NCBI GenBank assembly: GCA_964016885.1
Contig: OZ024748.1
Coordinates: 17,794,001-17,858,000, forward strand
Source of the DNA: Eledone cirrhosa
Taxonomy: Eukaryota
Length of the DNA stretch: 64,000 nt
Direction: 5' to 3'
Below the pieces are notes generated by a model. That model saw nothing but the letters and a program-made list of their open reading frames with translations, ran no database searches and was not told the origin of the DNA. Shown here one piece after another: positions 1 to 11,830 of this stretch. The position numbers and the translations under genes were made by a program. Each line of letters starts with the position of its first letter. Within the stretch, counting starts at the first letter, position 1.

Positions 1-230
1 TCTTCTTCTTCTTCTTCCTCTTCTTCTTCTTCTGCTTCTTCTTCCTCTTCTTCTACTTCTTCTTCTGCTTCTTCTTCTTATTCTTCTTCTTCCCCTTCTT
101 CTTCTTCTTCTTCGTCGTCGTCGTCGTCTTCTTCTTCTTCTTCTTCTTCTTCTTCTTCTTCTTCTTCTTCTTCTTCTTCTTCTTCGACTTTTTCTTCTTC
201 TTCTTCTTCTTCTTCTTCTTCTTCTTCTTT
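1..230. repeat. (TTC)n microsatellite
   Basis: Direct reading; source of the poly-Lys ORF 53..277. Confidence 0.95.
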
Positions 231-380
231 CCAGGGAGGATCATAGGGGGTGGAGGTGCAGAGTCGTCCTCAAACACACCTTCCAGCTGGTCCTGTCAGA
301 AGCAACTCTCTCCATTAATCCCACTGGATCCCCAAGACCAGCCAAGCTCATAGATGTTATCCAGCCATCTTACTTGGCAG
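231..380 (-). mobile_element. Degraded RTE/Expander-like LINE 3' end leading into a (GAA)n tail
   Basis: Minus-strand frames give RWLDNIYELGWSW and LMERVASDRTSWKVCL, resembling RTE C-termini; frameshifted. Confidence 0.4.
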
Positions 381-539
381 TGTGTGTGTGTGTGTGGGGG
401 GGGGGGTCTACTCCTGTATTTTCTCTTGGTTGGTTTTTGCCTGTAAAATCTATTCAGCCATTCTTTCTTCAGTTATTCTAACCACATGCCCTGAAAATTC
501 CTCCTTTGAAAACTTGACCCCATCTCTGAAAAGAACATT

Positions 540-640
540 AGGTTGACTTTGCCTTTCATCCTTACGGGGTCGATAAAATAAAGTACCAGTAATACAGTGG
601 GTAATTGCTGGCCTTGTGCCTAAAGTAGAAACAATTATTA
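540..640 (+). mobile_element. SINE-A 3' fragment
   Basis: GACTTTGCCTTTCATCCTTACGGGGTCGATAAAATAAAGTACCAG body and GTAGAAACAATTATTA end shared with many copies in the window. Confidence 0.85.
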
Positions 641-917
641 CTGATATTCCTTTTCTTGACTTAGCTATGTTTGCTATAAAACACATTTATCTAAAGACCT
701 TCCATCATCATTTTAATGTAAGAGTTTTAACCACAAACTTAATATTAAGAAATTTAGTCATATTACTAAATCTATGATTTTCAAAATTATTTGAAAATCA
801 TAGGCTGTCATTCATTAGAAATAGGGTAACGAAAGGATTATATATATATATATATAAAAGAAAATGTTCGCTCTACATGGTTGAATACAATAAATGTAAT
901 CTGAGTTTTTCGAATAT

Positions 918-1110
918 TAATAATTGTTTCTACTTTAGGCACAAGGCCAGCAATTACCCAGTACATTACTGGTACTTTATTTTATCGACCCCGTAAGGAT
1001 GAAAGGCAAAGTCAACCTCGGCGGGATTTGAACTCAGATCGTAAAGGGACGTAACTATGCTGGAAAGCATGGCGTCCGACTCTCTACCGATACTGCCAAT
1101 CCACCGCCCT
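918..1110 (-). mobile_element. SINE-A, full length (~190 bp tRNA-derived SINE)
   Basis: Minus strand has A-box TGGCAGTATCGG, B-box GAGTTCAAATCC, conserved central domain and (ATT)n end. Confidence 0.9.
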
Positions 1111-1261
1111 CGAATATTAATAATTGTTTCTACTTTAGGCACAAGGCCAGCAATTACCCAGAACATTCGATTTGTATTCAAACAAGCCTCAATGTTATAG
1201 CTATGTCAGTAGAATGAACCCTTCATTCTTGCTCTTATGTTGTATATATATATATATATAT

Positions 1262-1570
1262 ATAATATAAGATCGAAAGATGGTTAAAAGAGTTCCAAGT
1301 ATTTTATTATGCGCATTTCAAAAACAAATATCATCCTGGGATGATATCTGCATTTTCATCAGATAAAATAGGGATACATGATATGAAGCTTAAAAAACAC
1401 TTGTGAATAGTGAAGTTTTAAATCAACATATGAAATGAGCATAATAAAATACTTGGAACTCTTTTAACCATCTTTCGATCTTATATTATTTATACTCCAG
1501 TCCTACAAACTGTAGAGTGCTACTTATCCGATATTTGCTTTATTGTGCTACAATAAAACTCACCTCCTAC
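1262..1570. mobile_element. Fold-back non-coding element with hammerhead (Penelope-like family 1), flanked by (TA)n
   Basis: About 50-bp inverted repeat 1262-1312/1439-1489; same 3' end recurs at 14541-14700. Confidence 0.7.
1300..1370 (-). ncRNA. Type I hammerhead ribozyme
   Basis: TATTTTAT-CTGATGA-[17-bp stem II, 16 pairs incl. GU]-GAAA-TGCGC-ATA-ATAAAATA; 8-bp stem I; palindromic stem III ATGCGCAT. Confidence 0.85.
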
Positions 1571-1699
1571 ATATATATATATATATATATGAGAATAAAT
1601 AAACCTTTGACATTCGACAATATCTGTGAATAGGAGTATTGACTGATGACACCACATAAAGAGACATTCAGTGGAGAAGAAGGAAGCTGATATCTCACT

Positions 1700-2175
1700 T
1701 TCTCTCTCTCTCATACACACACACTCTCTCTCTCTATCTATCTAATCTCTCTTTCTTCCTGTCTCTCTTTCTCTCTCTCCCTCTCTCTCTCTCTTTCTCA
1801 CTCCCTCCTTCCCTCCTCTCTCTTTCTTTCTCCATCTATCAATCTAATCTATCTTTCTCTCTCTCTTTCTCTCGCTCTCCCTCAACTCCTCTCCTTCGTT
1901 CCCTCACCCCCTCTCTCTCCCTCACCCACTGTCTCTCTCTCACTCCCTCACTCTCTCACTCTCTTTCTGGCTCCCTCACCCCCTCTCTTTACCCCTCCTC
2001 TTTCTCTCGCTCCCCCTCCTCTCTCTTTCTCTCGCTCTCCCTCACCCTCTCTCCTTCGTTCCCTCACCCCCTCTCTCTCTCACTCTCTTTCTGGCTCCCT
2101 CACCCCCCTCTCTTTACCCCTCCCCTCTCTCTCTCACCCCCCCCCCCTCCTCTCTCTCACTCCCCCATCTCTCAA
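1700..2175. repeat. CT-rich low-complexity tract with internal duplications
   Basis: Direct reading. Confidence 0.9.
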
Positions 2176-2409
2176 CCTCAACTTAGAGCAGTGCCATTTC
2201 CTTTGGCAAATAATTCATGTTAAGAAACAAACATAAGTGACTGTCTGCCAGTAAAATCAACTATTGATACGGATGTATATTAAATGCAGGCAAATCCCCG
2301 AAGCCAACTTTAGACAAGCACCACTCTTAAGAGATACACAACGTTTTTCATTTCATGTTTGTATTTCAAGATCTTTGATATATCAAATACCACAGCTTTT
2401 TCTTTTTGT

Positions 2410-2561
2410 TTATATATATATATTTATATAGATATATATATATTTATATATATATATATGTGCACACATAAATACATAGAATATATTTATACATGTGTGT
2501 ATGTGTGTGTTTCTCTCACTCTCTCTCTCTCTATATATATATGTATATATATATTTATATA

Positions 2562-2614
<53 letters not shown>

Positions 2615-2616
2615 TT

Positions 2617-2647
<31 letters not shown>

Positions 2648-2764
2648 GTACACACATAAATACATAGAATATATTTATACATGTGTGTATGTGTGTGTTT
2701 CTCTCACTCTCTCTCTCTCTATATATATGTATGTATATATATTTATATATATATATATATATAT
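2410..2764. repeat. Two copies of a ~190-bp compound microsatellite unit (third copy at ~5640-5830)
   Basis: CACACATAAATACATAGAATATATTTATACATGTGTGTAT...TTCTCTCACTCTC occurs near 2462, 2651 and 5667. Confidence 0.85.
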
Positions 2765-5212
2765 ATCACCTATAGATCCGGGGAACACACAAGCCAGGTA
2801 GATTATATCCTTACCAGAAGACGTGACAGAGTGTCTGTTGTTAACACTAAATCCCTCCCCCATGAAGAATGCACCTCCCAACATAGACTGATAATTAGCG
2901 ACCTCATAGTCAGGACGAGACGTACTCGACAACAGAAGAGGACTATCCTCAGGAGGAAAATATGGAAGCTAAAGGACCCCACAGCCAGGAATAAATTTCA
3001 AAGCATATTACTTGATGCTTTCGACAGTAAGGAAGAACATTTAGAGTCGGACAATATAGAGGGAGAGTGGGAATTTCTGAAAGCAAACCTGCTGTTGGCG
3101 ACAGACGAGGTCTGTGGCTGGAGCAGGCCTGTAGGCAGGAGGAGAGTAACATGGTGGTGGAACAGTAAGGTGGAGGGGTCAATTAAGGCCAAAAAGCAGG
3201 CTTGGAAAGTATGGCGGGATGGGGGAAGTAGAGAGGACTATCAAGTGGCCAGGAGGGAAGCTAGGAGACAAGTGTACTTAGCAAGAAGGGAAGCTGAGGA
3301 AAGAAAGTTCAAGCATGTTCTACAACGCGATGACCAAAAACGTGAGGTGTTCAGGATTGCTAGGCAATGCGTCAAGGAAAACCGTGATATTGTCGGGGAG
3401 AAGTGTGTACTAAACGACGATGGCACACTTGCCATCACCGACGCTGATAAGAAGGTAGCTTGGAAGTGTCACTATGAAAGGCTTCTAAATGAGGAGAATA
3501 ATTGGGAGAAAGGCAGTCTCCCCCATATCGACCCAATAGAGGGACCAGCAGTGTTAGTCGAGGGGAGTATAATAAGTAAGGCAATCAAGGATATGAAGAC
3601 TGGTAAGGCGGCTGGGCCTTCGGAAATAGTTGCTGAGATGCTGAAGGCATCTGGCACGGTGGGACACACCATGGTCACCCGCATAGTTAACCAAGTCGTA
3701 CAAAACGGGGTTGTTCCGAAGGACTGGCATAGCAGCATCATCGTTAACTGTTATAAGGGTAAAGGAGACGCCCTAGATAGGAGTAACTATAGAGGCATTA
3801 AATTAATCGACCAGGTCATGAAGGTCACGGAAAGAGTAATAGCGCAACTAATCAGAGAGAGAATTGACCTAGATGAAATGCAGTTCGGGTTTGTGTCAGG
3901 CAAAAGTACCACAGACGCTCTTTTCATAGTACGACAACTACAAGAGAAGTACCTAGCTAAAGGTAAACCCCTCTACTTAGCTTTTGTCGACTTGGAGAAA
4001 GCCTTCGACAGAGTCCCCCGCTCCATTATCTGGTGGGCTCTTAGAAAACTAGGCGTTGACGAATGGCTTGTGAGGGCTATACAAGCCATGTATAAAGAAA
4101 CAGTCAGCAAGGTTAGAATTAACAACGAATATAGTGAAGAGTTTAGCGTAAAAGTCGGCGTCCATCAGGGCTCTGTTCTCAGTCCACTACTATTTATTAT
4201 TGCCCTTCAGGCCATAACAGAGGAGTTCAAGACAGGCTGCCCATGGGAACTCCTATACGCAGACGACCTGACACTCATAGCGGAATCAATGGCCGAGCTA
4301 GAGAAGAAATTCCAAACATGGAAGCACGGCCTAGAGTCAAAAGGACTTAAAATTAACCTGGCTAAGACCAAAGTACTAGTTTGTAGGAAAGAAAACAAGG
4401 CGGCGGTCCCTTCTGGGAAATGGTCGTGCTCGGTGTGTAGGAAAGGCGTAGGTAGAAACTCCATTTTATGTCCTAAATGCAAAGTATGGGTGCATAAAAG
4501 ATGTAGTGGGATCACAGGTAGGCTAACTAAGAACATAGATTTTACATGTGGCCGGTGCTCTGGTGCAATAAGTAGCAGCAAGTGCCCACAAACTACTAGC
4601 TCTTTCAATTGCGCAGAGGGTTCTATAGAAATAGTGGACAGCTTCCGTTACCTGGGCGATAAAATCAGCAGTGGGGGAGGGTGCTCTGAAAGTACTGTAG
4701 CTAGAGTCAGAACTGGTTGGAAAAAGTTCAGAGAGCTTATACCACTATTAGCTGCTAAAGGGTTCTCACTAAAAATGAAAGGCAGGTTGTTCGATGCCTG
4801 CATACGAACAGCAATGCTGCATGGCAGTGAGACCTGGGCATTGTGTGCAGAGGATATACGCAGACTAGAGAGGAACGAAGCTTGCATGCTCCGCTGGATG
4901 TGTAACAGTAATATACGTGAACGGCAAAGCATAAACGAACTAAGGAATAAATTAGAGATAAGAGGGATCAGATGTTGTTTACTCGAGAGAAGGCTACGTT
5001 GGTATGGACACGTGATGCGCATGAAAGTCGATAGCTGTATAACAAAGTGCAGGGCAATAAAGATAGACGGTAGTCACGGAATAGGCAGACCTAGAAAAAC
5101 CTGGGACGAGCTGATAAACTCCGACATCACACACTTACACCTCTCCAAGACAATGTCACTGGACCGAGACCTTTGGCGGTACTCAGTAACAGAGAAGACC
5201 CGCCTTACCTAA
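2765..5212 (+). CDS. RTE ORF remnant: APE C-terminus, reverse transcriptase, PHD-like finger; uninterrupted, no native start codon
   Basis: TYRSG..QVDYIL..SQHRLI (APE); [62 protein letters not shown]. The first 28 aa of the ORF-track call are microsatellite. Confidence 0.92.
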   Translation: MTYRSGEHTSQVDYILTRRRDRVSVVNTKSLPHEECTSQHRLIISDLIVRTRRTRQQKRTILRRKIWKLKDPTARNKFQSILLDAFDSKEEHLESDNIEGEWEFLKANLLLATDEVCGWSRPVGRRRVTWWWNSKVEGSIKAKKQAWKVWRDGGSREDYQVARREARRQVYLARREAEERKFKHVLQRDDQKREVFRIARQCVKENRDIVGEKCVLNDDGTLAITDADKKVAWKCHYERLLNEENNWEKGSLPHIDPIEGPAVLVEGSIISKAIKDMKTGKAAGPSEIVAEMLKASGTVGHTMVTRIVNQVVQNGVVPKDWHSSIIVNCYKGKGDALDRSNYRGIKLIDQVMKVTERVIAQLIRERIDLDEMQFGFVSGKSTTDALFIVRQLQEKYLAKGKPLYLAFVDLEKAFDRVPRSIIWWALRKLGVDEWLVRAIQAMYKETVSKVRINNEYSEEFSVKVGVHQGSVLSPLLFIIALQAITEEFKTGCPWELLYADDLTLIAESMAELEKKFQTWKHGLESKGLKINLAKTKVLVCRKENKAAVPSGKWSCSVCRKGVGRNSILCPKCKVWVHKRCSGITGRLTKNIDFTCGRCSGAISSSKCPQTTSSFNCAEGSIEIVDSFRYLGDKISSGGGCSESTVARVRTGWKKFRELIPLLAAKGFSLKMKGRLFDACIRTAMLHGSETWALCAEDIRRLERNEACMLRWMCNSNIRERQSINELRNKLEIRGIRCCLLERRLRWYGHVMRMKVDSCITKCRAIKIDGSHGIGRPRKTWDELINSDITHLHLSKTMSLDRDLWRYSVTEKTRLT

Positions 5213-5600
5213 ATATATAGTAAAACCTACTCCAGCCAGTAGGCATCTCTAACAAATACACCCCGTCCCACCACCCCCACCCGATCCACACCACCCCGTT
5301 CTATGTAAAGTTATGTTGGTGCCGCGCCATCGAGGCCGAAACAAATGAGATCGTGTAGGTGTCACGACAAAAAAACACACAGTCCACGCTGTAATGTGGC
5401 CGTGTAGGCAACACGGTAAAAACCTCCCAGACCCACACTGTAAATGTGGTTGGTGTTAGGAAGGGCATCCAACTGTAGAAAACCTGCCAGACAGTCCTAT
5501 GCGAGCAAGACAATCACTCTTGCCTCAAGTGGGACTACCCCCGTCCAAACCCATGCAAGCGTGGAACACGGACGTTAAACGTTGATGATGATGATGATGA

Positions 5601-5602
<2 letters not shown>
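2765..5602 (+). mobile_element. RTE-clade non-LTR retrotransposon (RTE-a), 5'-truncated, with 3'UTR and (GAT)n tail
   Basis: End of AP endonuclease, RT, 3'UTR ending CATGCAAGCGTGGAACACGGACGTTAAACGTT(GAT)n; flanked by (TA)n. Confidence 0.95.
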
Positions 5603-5651
<49 letters not shown>

Positions 5652-5766
5652 TATATATATATATGTACACACATAAATACATAGAATATATTTATACATG
5701 TGTGTATCTGTGTGTTTCTCTCACTCTCTCTCTCTCTATATATATATGTATATATATATTTATATA

Positions 5767-5813
<47 letters not shown>

Positions 5814-5814
5814 T

Positions 5815-5846
<32 letters not shown>

Positions 5847-5876
5847 TATGTGTATGTATGTATATATATATATGAA

Positions 5877-5912
<36 letters not shown>

Positions 5913-5939
5913 GGTAAGTAGGTAGATAGGTATGGCCAA

Positions 5940-5965
5940 GGTCTAATGACCGAAACCAGTAAAAG
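5940..5965 (+). ncRNA. 3' half of a hammerhead motif (truncated)
   Basis: GGTC-TAAT-GACC-GAAA-CCAG-TA; 5' CUGANGA core missing; lies between (TA)n tracts. Confidence 0.4.
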
Positions 5966-6009
5966 AATAACGAATGTAGAATATATATATATATATATAT
6001 ATATATTCC

Positions 6010-6085
<76 letters not shown>

Positions 6086-6288
6086 TTTTATATATATAAT
6101 GTATACAGAAATAAAGAAAGTGTAGAAATCAATAAGTTCTGCTTTTTAGGGGAGAATTCTTCAGTTTATGTAACAAAGTGTAGGTCTTGGAATTCATTGG
6201 CTTAAATTTCCCCAATGTCTACTAACATCAGCTTAAAAAGACAAATTCATCATAAAATGTATATATATATGATGATGATGTGTATGTG

Positions 6289-6320
<32 letters not shown>

Positions 6321-6657
6321 AATATATATATGTATATATATATGTATATATATATGTATACATATATATATACATATATATATATATGTATATATATATG
6401 TATATATATATGTATATATATATATATTGTTATACTTGGGGAGGGTCATATTTGTGTAATAATATTGCCAGAATTAATAACAGAACACGCTCATGGTGTT
6501 TATATATACATAAAATAAAATAGAAACCAGAATATTGTGGGATCCCAGTCATCTGGTCAAGTAGTCTCCTCTCCTCGTTATGTTGTATATATTCAATGAA
6601 CATATTTACATCGAAGCTACACAAAACTGTATTAGTATTATTAATTATTATTATTGA

Positions 6658-7060
6658 GGGCGGTGAATTGGCAGTATCGGTAGAGGGTTGGACGTCATGC
6701 TTTCTAGCATAGTTACGTCCCTTTTATAGTCTTAGTTCAAATCCCGCCGAGGTTAACTTTGCCTTACATCCTTACGGGGGCTTGATAAAATAAAGTACCA
6801 GTAATGTACTGGGATAATTGCTGGCCTTGTGTCAATAGTAGAAACAATTATTCAGGTGAAATAGTGGCGGTGGATTGGCAGTATCGGTAGAGGTTCAGAC
6901 GCCACGCTTTGCAAGCATAGAATTACGGCCCTTTACAGTCTGTGTTCAAATCCTGCCATGGTTCACTTCGCCTTTCATCCTTACGGGGTCGATGAAAGGA
7001 AGTACCAGTAATGTACTGGGATAATTGCTGGCCTTGTGCCAAAAGTAGAAACAATTATTA
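6658..7060 (+). mobile_element. Two tandem SINE-A copies
   Basis: GGCGGTG..TTGGCAGTATCGG heads at ~6658 and ~6866. Confidence 0.9.
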
Positions 7061-7085
7061 TTGAGGTGAAAGTTTTTGGTTTACT

Positions 7086-7943
7086 GGTTAGAGAATTGGA
7101 TTCATAATTGTCAGCTTGTGAGTTTGATTCTTGGACTCGGCAATGTGTTATGTCCTTGAGCGAGGTTAGAGAATTGGATTCACAATTGTGAGCTTGAGAG
7201 TTTGATTCTTGGACTCAGCAATGTGTTATGTCCTTGAGCGAGGTTAGAGAATTGGATTCACAATTGTGAGCTTGAGAGTTTGATTCTTGGACTCGGCAAT
7301 GTGTTATGTCCTTGAGCGAGGTTAGAGAATTGGATTCACAATTGTGAGCTTGAGAGTTTGATTCTTGGACTCAGCAATGTGTTATGTCCTTGAGCGAGGT
7401 TAGAGAATTGGATTCACAATTGTGAGCTTGAGAGTTTGATTCTTGAACTCGGCAATGTGTTATGTCCTTGAGCGAGGTTAGAGAATTGGATTCACAATTG
7501 TGAGCTTGAGAGTTTGATTCTTGGACTCGGCAATGTGTTATGTCCTTGAGCGAGGTTAGAGAATTGGATTCACAATTGTCAGCTTGAGAGTTTGATTCTT
7601 GGACTCGGCAATGTGTTATGTCCTTGAGCGAGGTTAGAGAATTGGATTCACAATTGTCAGCTTGAGAGTTTGATTCTTGGACTCGGCAATGTGTTATGTC
7701 CTTGAGCGAGGTTAGAGAATTGGATTCACAATTGTCAGCTTGAGAGTTTGATTCTTGGACTCGGCAATGTGTTATGTCCTTGAGCGAGGTTAGAGAATTG
7801 GATTCACAATTGTAAGCTTGAGAGTTTGATTCTTGGACTTGGCAATGTGTTATGTCCTTGAGCAAGGTTAGAGAATTGGATTCACAATTGTGAGCTTGAG
7901 AGTTTGATTCTTGGACTCGGCAATGTGTTATGTCCTTGAGCAA
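7086..7943 (+). repeat. 78-bp tandem array (~11 copies) made of a CORE-type SINE head
   Basis: Unit GGTTAGAGAATTGGATTCACAATTGTGAGCTTGAGAGTTTGATTCTTGGACTCGGCAATGTGTTATGTCCTTGAGCGA; last unit continues into SINE body AAGATGCTATATTTCACATTG. Confidence 0.9.
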
Positions 7944-9046
7944 GATGCTATATTTCACATTGATCTTTCTGCCAGGAGATGTGACCAGTAGATAGTATCA
8001 GCAATTGGAAAGACCAATGGAAACATTGTTTTCTTGGTTTAATTTGATGAGCTCCATCTCATTCAGTAAGCGTAAGATATTCAGGTCTTGTTGATAGATT
8101 CCTCTTATTGTTATTGATATCAAATGTAGGTACAAGGCCAGCAAATTTGAGGGAATAACGGCAAAGTTGATTAAATTAATCCAATTACTTGACTAAAATA
8201 AAGTACCAGTCATATACTGGGGTTTATTTAATCAACTTTGCCATTATTCCCAAAGCTTGGAACAAAACAATTTGCTGTTCTGAATTCAAATCACATCAAG
8301 GCTAACTTTACCTTTCATCAATCTCTCTTTTTCTCTCTCTCTATCTGGTGTGTTTTATTTTCATAACATCTGATGAGATCACCAATTGTCTTACATCATG
8401 GTCTAATGATATAAGCCAGCCTCAGAAATATGTATTATGTAATTATGTAACAATAAAAGAAGTTATTGGAATCCGGTTTTCTCATATTTTCATTGAAGGG
8501 TATATGTGTATATATAAATGGAAAAGAATGAAACGAAATTTCATTTCTCACTCTTAGTACGGCTGATACCTAAATATAAGTATATATATATATATAAAAT
8601 AAAGATTTAGTTGGAAGTTATATTACATTTCCCTCAACTTTGATAATGAAAAAAATACGCATTATATATAATATATAATATTGTAACGAAATAATTGTAT
8701 GTTATAATTGATATGAAATAGAAGATTGGGATAAAAATATTTTGTATATAAGTGGTAGACCAAAATAGTAAACTAAGAACTTAGTAATATTAATGTATCT
8801 ACATCAGAAAGTGAAGTGAAAAAAAAAATTGATAAAATTTTGGGAGAAAAACATAACAGTGAGGAAATGTATTGTCTATCTTTAAAGTCTTTCATTTCCT
8901 GTCTGGAAACATATTTATTTAACAATATGGTCGGTCCTCCGTCGGTTGTGACGATGAGCATTCAGTTATTCAGTAAACTAGCCATATAGCTTATGAAATA
9001 ATGAATAAGGATCCTTTATTTCCTGTCTAGAAATATATTTATTCAA

Positions 9047-9660
9047 CTCTTTAGCATTTATATTACTCTATATATACTATTATATTTTCATGGTAAAGGC
9101 TTTATCTCACATAATTATCTTAAATAATTGTTTCTACTTTTGGCACAAATCTTAAATAATATCTCGCATAACATCTACATTACTCTATATTTACTATTGT
9201 ATTTTCATGGTTCAAATTCTGAGTTCAAATCCCGCCAAGGTTAACTTTGCCTTTCATCCTTATGGGGTCGATAAAATAAAGTACCAGTAATGTACTGGGT
9301 AATTGCTGGCCTTGTATCAAAAGTAGAAACAATTATATCTTCATTGTAAAGGCTTTACCTCACATAATTATCTCACATTATGTGAGGTAAAGCCTTTACC
9401 ATGAAAATATAATAGTAAATATAAAGTAATGTAAATGTTATGTAAGATAATATGTGAGATAATTATGCGAGGTAAAGCCTTTACAATGAAGATATAATTG
9501 TTTCTACTTTTGATACAAGGCCAGCAATTACCCAGATTTTGATATTATTTATTTTGAGAACAGTATCTTAACATCAGTATGAGTAGCCAGTTACAGCCGG
9601 TTTGAACAGAAAGAGGTGAGAGAATTGGGGCTTGATATGGCGGGTTTAAATGCTAAAGAG
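9047..9660 (-). mobile_element. piggyBac-type MITE, internally rearranged and containing SINE-A fragments
   Basis: CTCTTTAGCATTTA...TAAATGCTAAAGAG-TTAA termini; internal inverted duplication ~9296-9378/9450-9535. Confidence 0.7.
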
Positions 9661-10159
9661 TTAATAATATGGTAGATCCTCCATCAATTGTGACGATGAG
9701 CATTCAGTCAGCAGTCAACTAGCCAATTGCTATCTACCTATTGCAAATCCAAGCAGAAGGGGCAATGTGAAATAAAGTGTCTTGCTCAAGGACATAACAC
9801 ATTACTCGGTCTGGGAATTGAACTCACAATCTCATGATTACAAATCCAATTCTCTAACCATTCAGCCACGCACCTTCACTAGCCATATATCTTGTGAAAT
9901 AATGAATAAGGTCTTTCATGTCTGGAAATATATTTATTTAACAATATGGTAGATGATCCTCCATCAGTTGTGACGACGAACATTCAGTTGTGTGATTAAC
10001 TGAATGTCTGACTCGTGACTTTGACAAATAAATCAGTGGACAAATGTTGGTTTAGAAATGTTGAACAGAATTTGAAATTTATTAGAAAGTTAGAAGCTCC
10101 ATCAAATTGTTCAACTACAGAAAAAATGTCTAAATAGTAGGGCATATAAGCCCTCTTAA

Positions 10160-10365
10160 CACTTTAGTATTTAAACTGTATCCAGCCAGAATTCTCTCTT
10201 CTCTTTCTGTTTAAACTGGCTGTAACTGGCTGCTCATACTGACATTAAAGTATTGTTCTCAAAATCAAAATCTCATAAATTCGATATTATGTGAGCTAAT
10301 TATGAGGTTAAGCCTTTACTGTAAAAATACAATAGTGTATATAGAGTAATGTAAATGCTAAACGG
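10160..10365 (+). mobile_element. piggyBac-type MITE
   Basis: TTAA on both sides, degenerate CCCTTTAGCATTTA TIR, homologous to 54983-55203. Confidence 0.8.
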
Positions 10366-10639
10366 TTAATGGAAAAGCTTTAGAGTAGAATTTGAGGGAA
10401 TTTTGTTGCTACGTCTGGCATATCTCTCACCATACTGAGTTTCACTCTTTGTCTTGTTGATTGATGAGAGTAAAAGTACTAATATTGAACATCAGTTTGT
10501 AAGAATATTTTAGACGTAGGCAAGTTTGAGTGGTGAAGATGTTTATTTTCACAATCATGAGGTCCTTAGTTTGATCCCACTGTATGACATCTTGAGCATG
10601 TCTGTCTCCTTCTGTAGCATCGCCCTTCTGTAGCATTCA

Positions 10640-10775
10640 CTAAAACTGACTTTCCCAGATACCATAGCCCGGGACTCAGGGTTGGACATAAGGGATCTGG
10701 GGACAGCAATGCAGGACCGAACAGTGTCAAGAGAGTTCCGACTGCCCACAGAGGAGTCGAAGGATGATGATGATG
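10640..10775 (+). mobile_element. RTE/RTE-X-like LINE 3' terminal fragment with (GAT)n tail
   Basis: Frame reads KLTFPDTIARDSGLDIRDLGTAMQDRTV, resembling LINE ORF C-termini. Confidence 0.5.
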
Positions 10776-11359
10776 TCTGTTTTCTACTATAAAACAGCCT
10801 CAAGTTGACCCAAGTCTTATAAGTGAAATCATGTAGATGGACATTGTGAATAACTGTCAGATGGATTGTATGTGTAATTCAACCTTGTTACACACTGTGA
10901 TATGCTGGATGTCTTTGAAAATTGTGTTAAAAGCTCACATGATTGTCATATGCTTAGCAGCTTGCAAGTTAATTTCATGAGCAGGCTGTTCTGTAAGTTG
11001 AACAACCGAAGCACTTAACATCAAAACTGACAGGGGGCCATTTACATTTTGCCTAAGTATATAACCAAATTTTCCAATTGAAGATATATCGATATTTTAC
11101 ACTGAGTTCAGCATAAAATATTGATGAAATTATTGGTTATCCTCTTGTTTTAAATCAAGGGAAAATTGTGTAGAAATATGACCAGAAAAATTACATGAAA
11201 CCAGGCTTATATAAAGCTCAGTTATCAAGTATTTTTGGCTGAAACCAGGGTTAATTAACCCAAGGTTGGACACCTAGGCTATCAAGTATTTTTGGCCCCC
11301 TCTAGCACTTCAATCATTCTTTCCATCACAGCAAAAAAAAACAAAAGAAAGAAATTGAT

Positions 11360-11830
11360 GGGCCCCAAGTTCATATGAAGCTCTGTAGGAACTAGGAACC
11401 TCTAGTTCATATGAGATTTTGCTGGGTCTAAGGGCTGCTAATTCATATGAATCTCTGTGGGAACTAGGGACTGCTAGTTCATATGAGGCTCTGTGAGAAC
11501 TAGGAACCCTAGTTCATATGAGGTTTTGTGGGGACTAGGGACTGCTAATTCATATGAGGTTTTGTGGAACCCTAGTTCATATGAGGTTTTGTGGGGACTA
11601 GAGGCTGCTAGTTCATATGAAACTATGGGAACTAGGGGGCCTCTAGTTTATATGAAGCTCTGTTGGGACTAAGAACTACTAGTTCATATGAAACTGTAGG
11701 AACTAGGCACCCCTAGTTCATATGTGGCTCTATGGGAACTAGGAAACCCTAGTTCATGTGAAGCTCTGTGGGAAGAAGGAGGATTTAGTTCATATGAATC
11801 TGTGTGGGGACTAGGGGACCTCTAGGCTTC
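11360..11830. repeat. Degenerate ~30-38-bp minisatellite (~12 units)
   Basis: Recurring CTAGTTCATATGA...GGAACTAGG. Confidence 0.85.

Noticed and set aside
7371-7958. 195-aa repeat ORF (and 23600-24136)
   Set aside because: Open only because the SINE-derived unit lengths (78, 45) are multiples of 3
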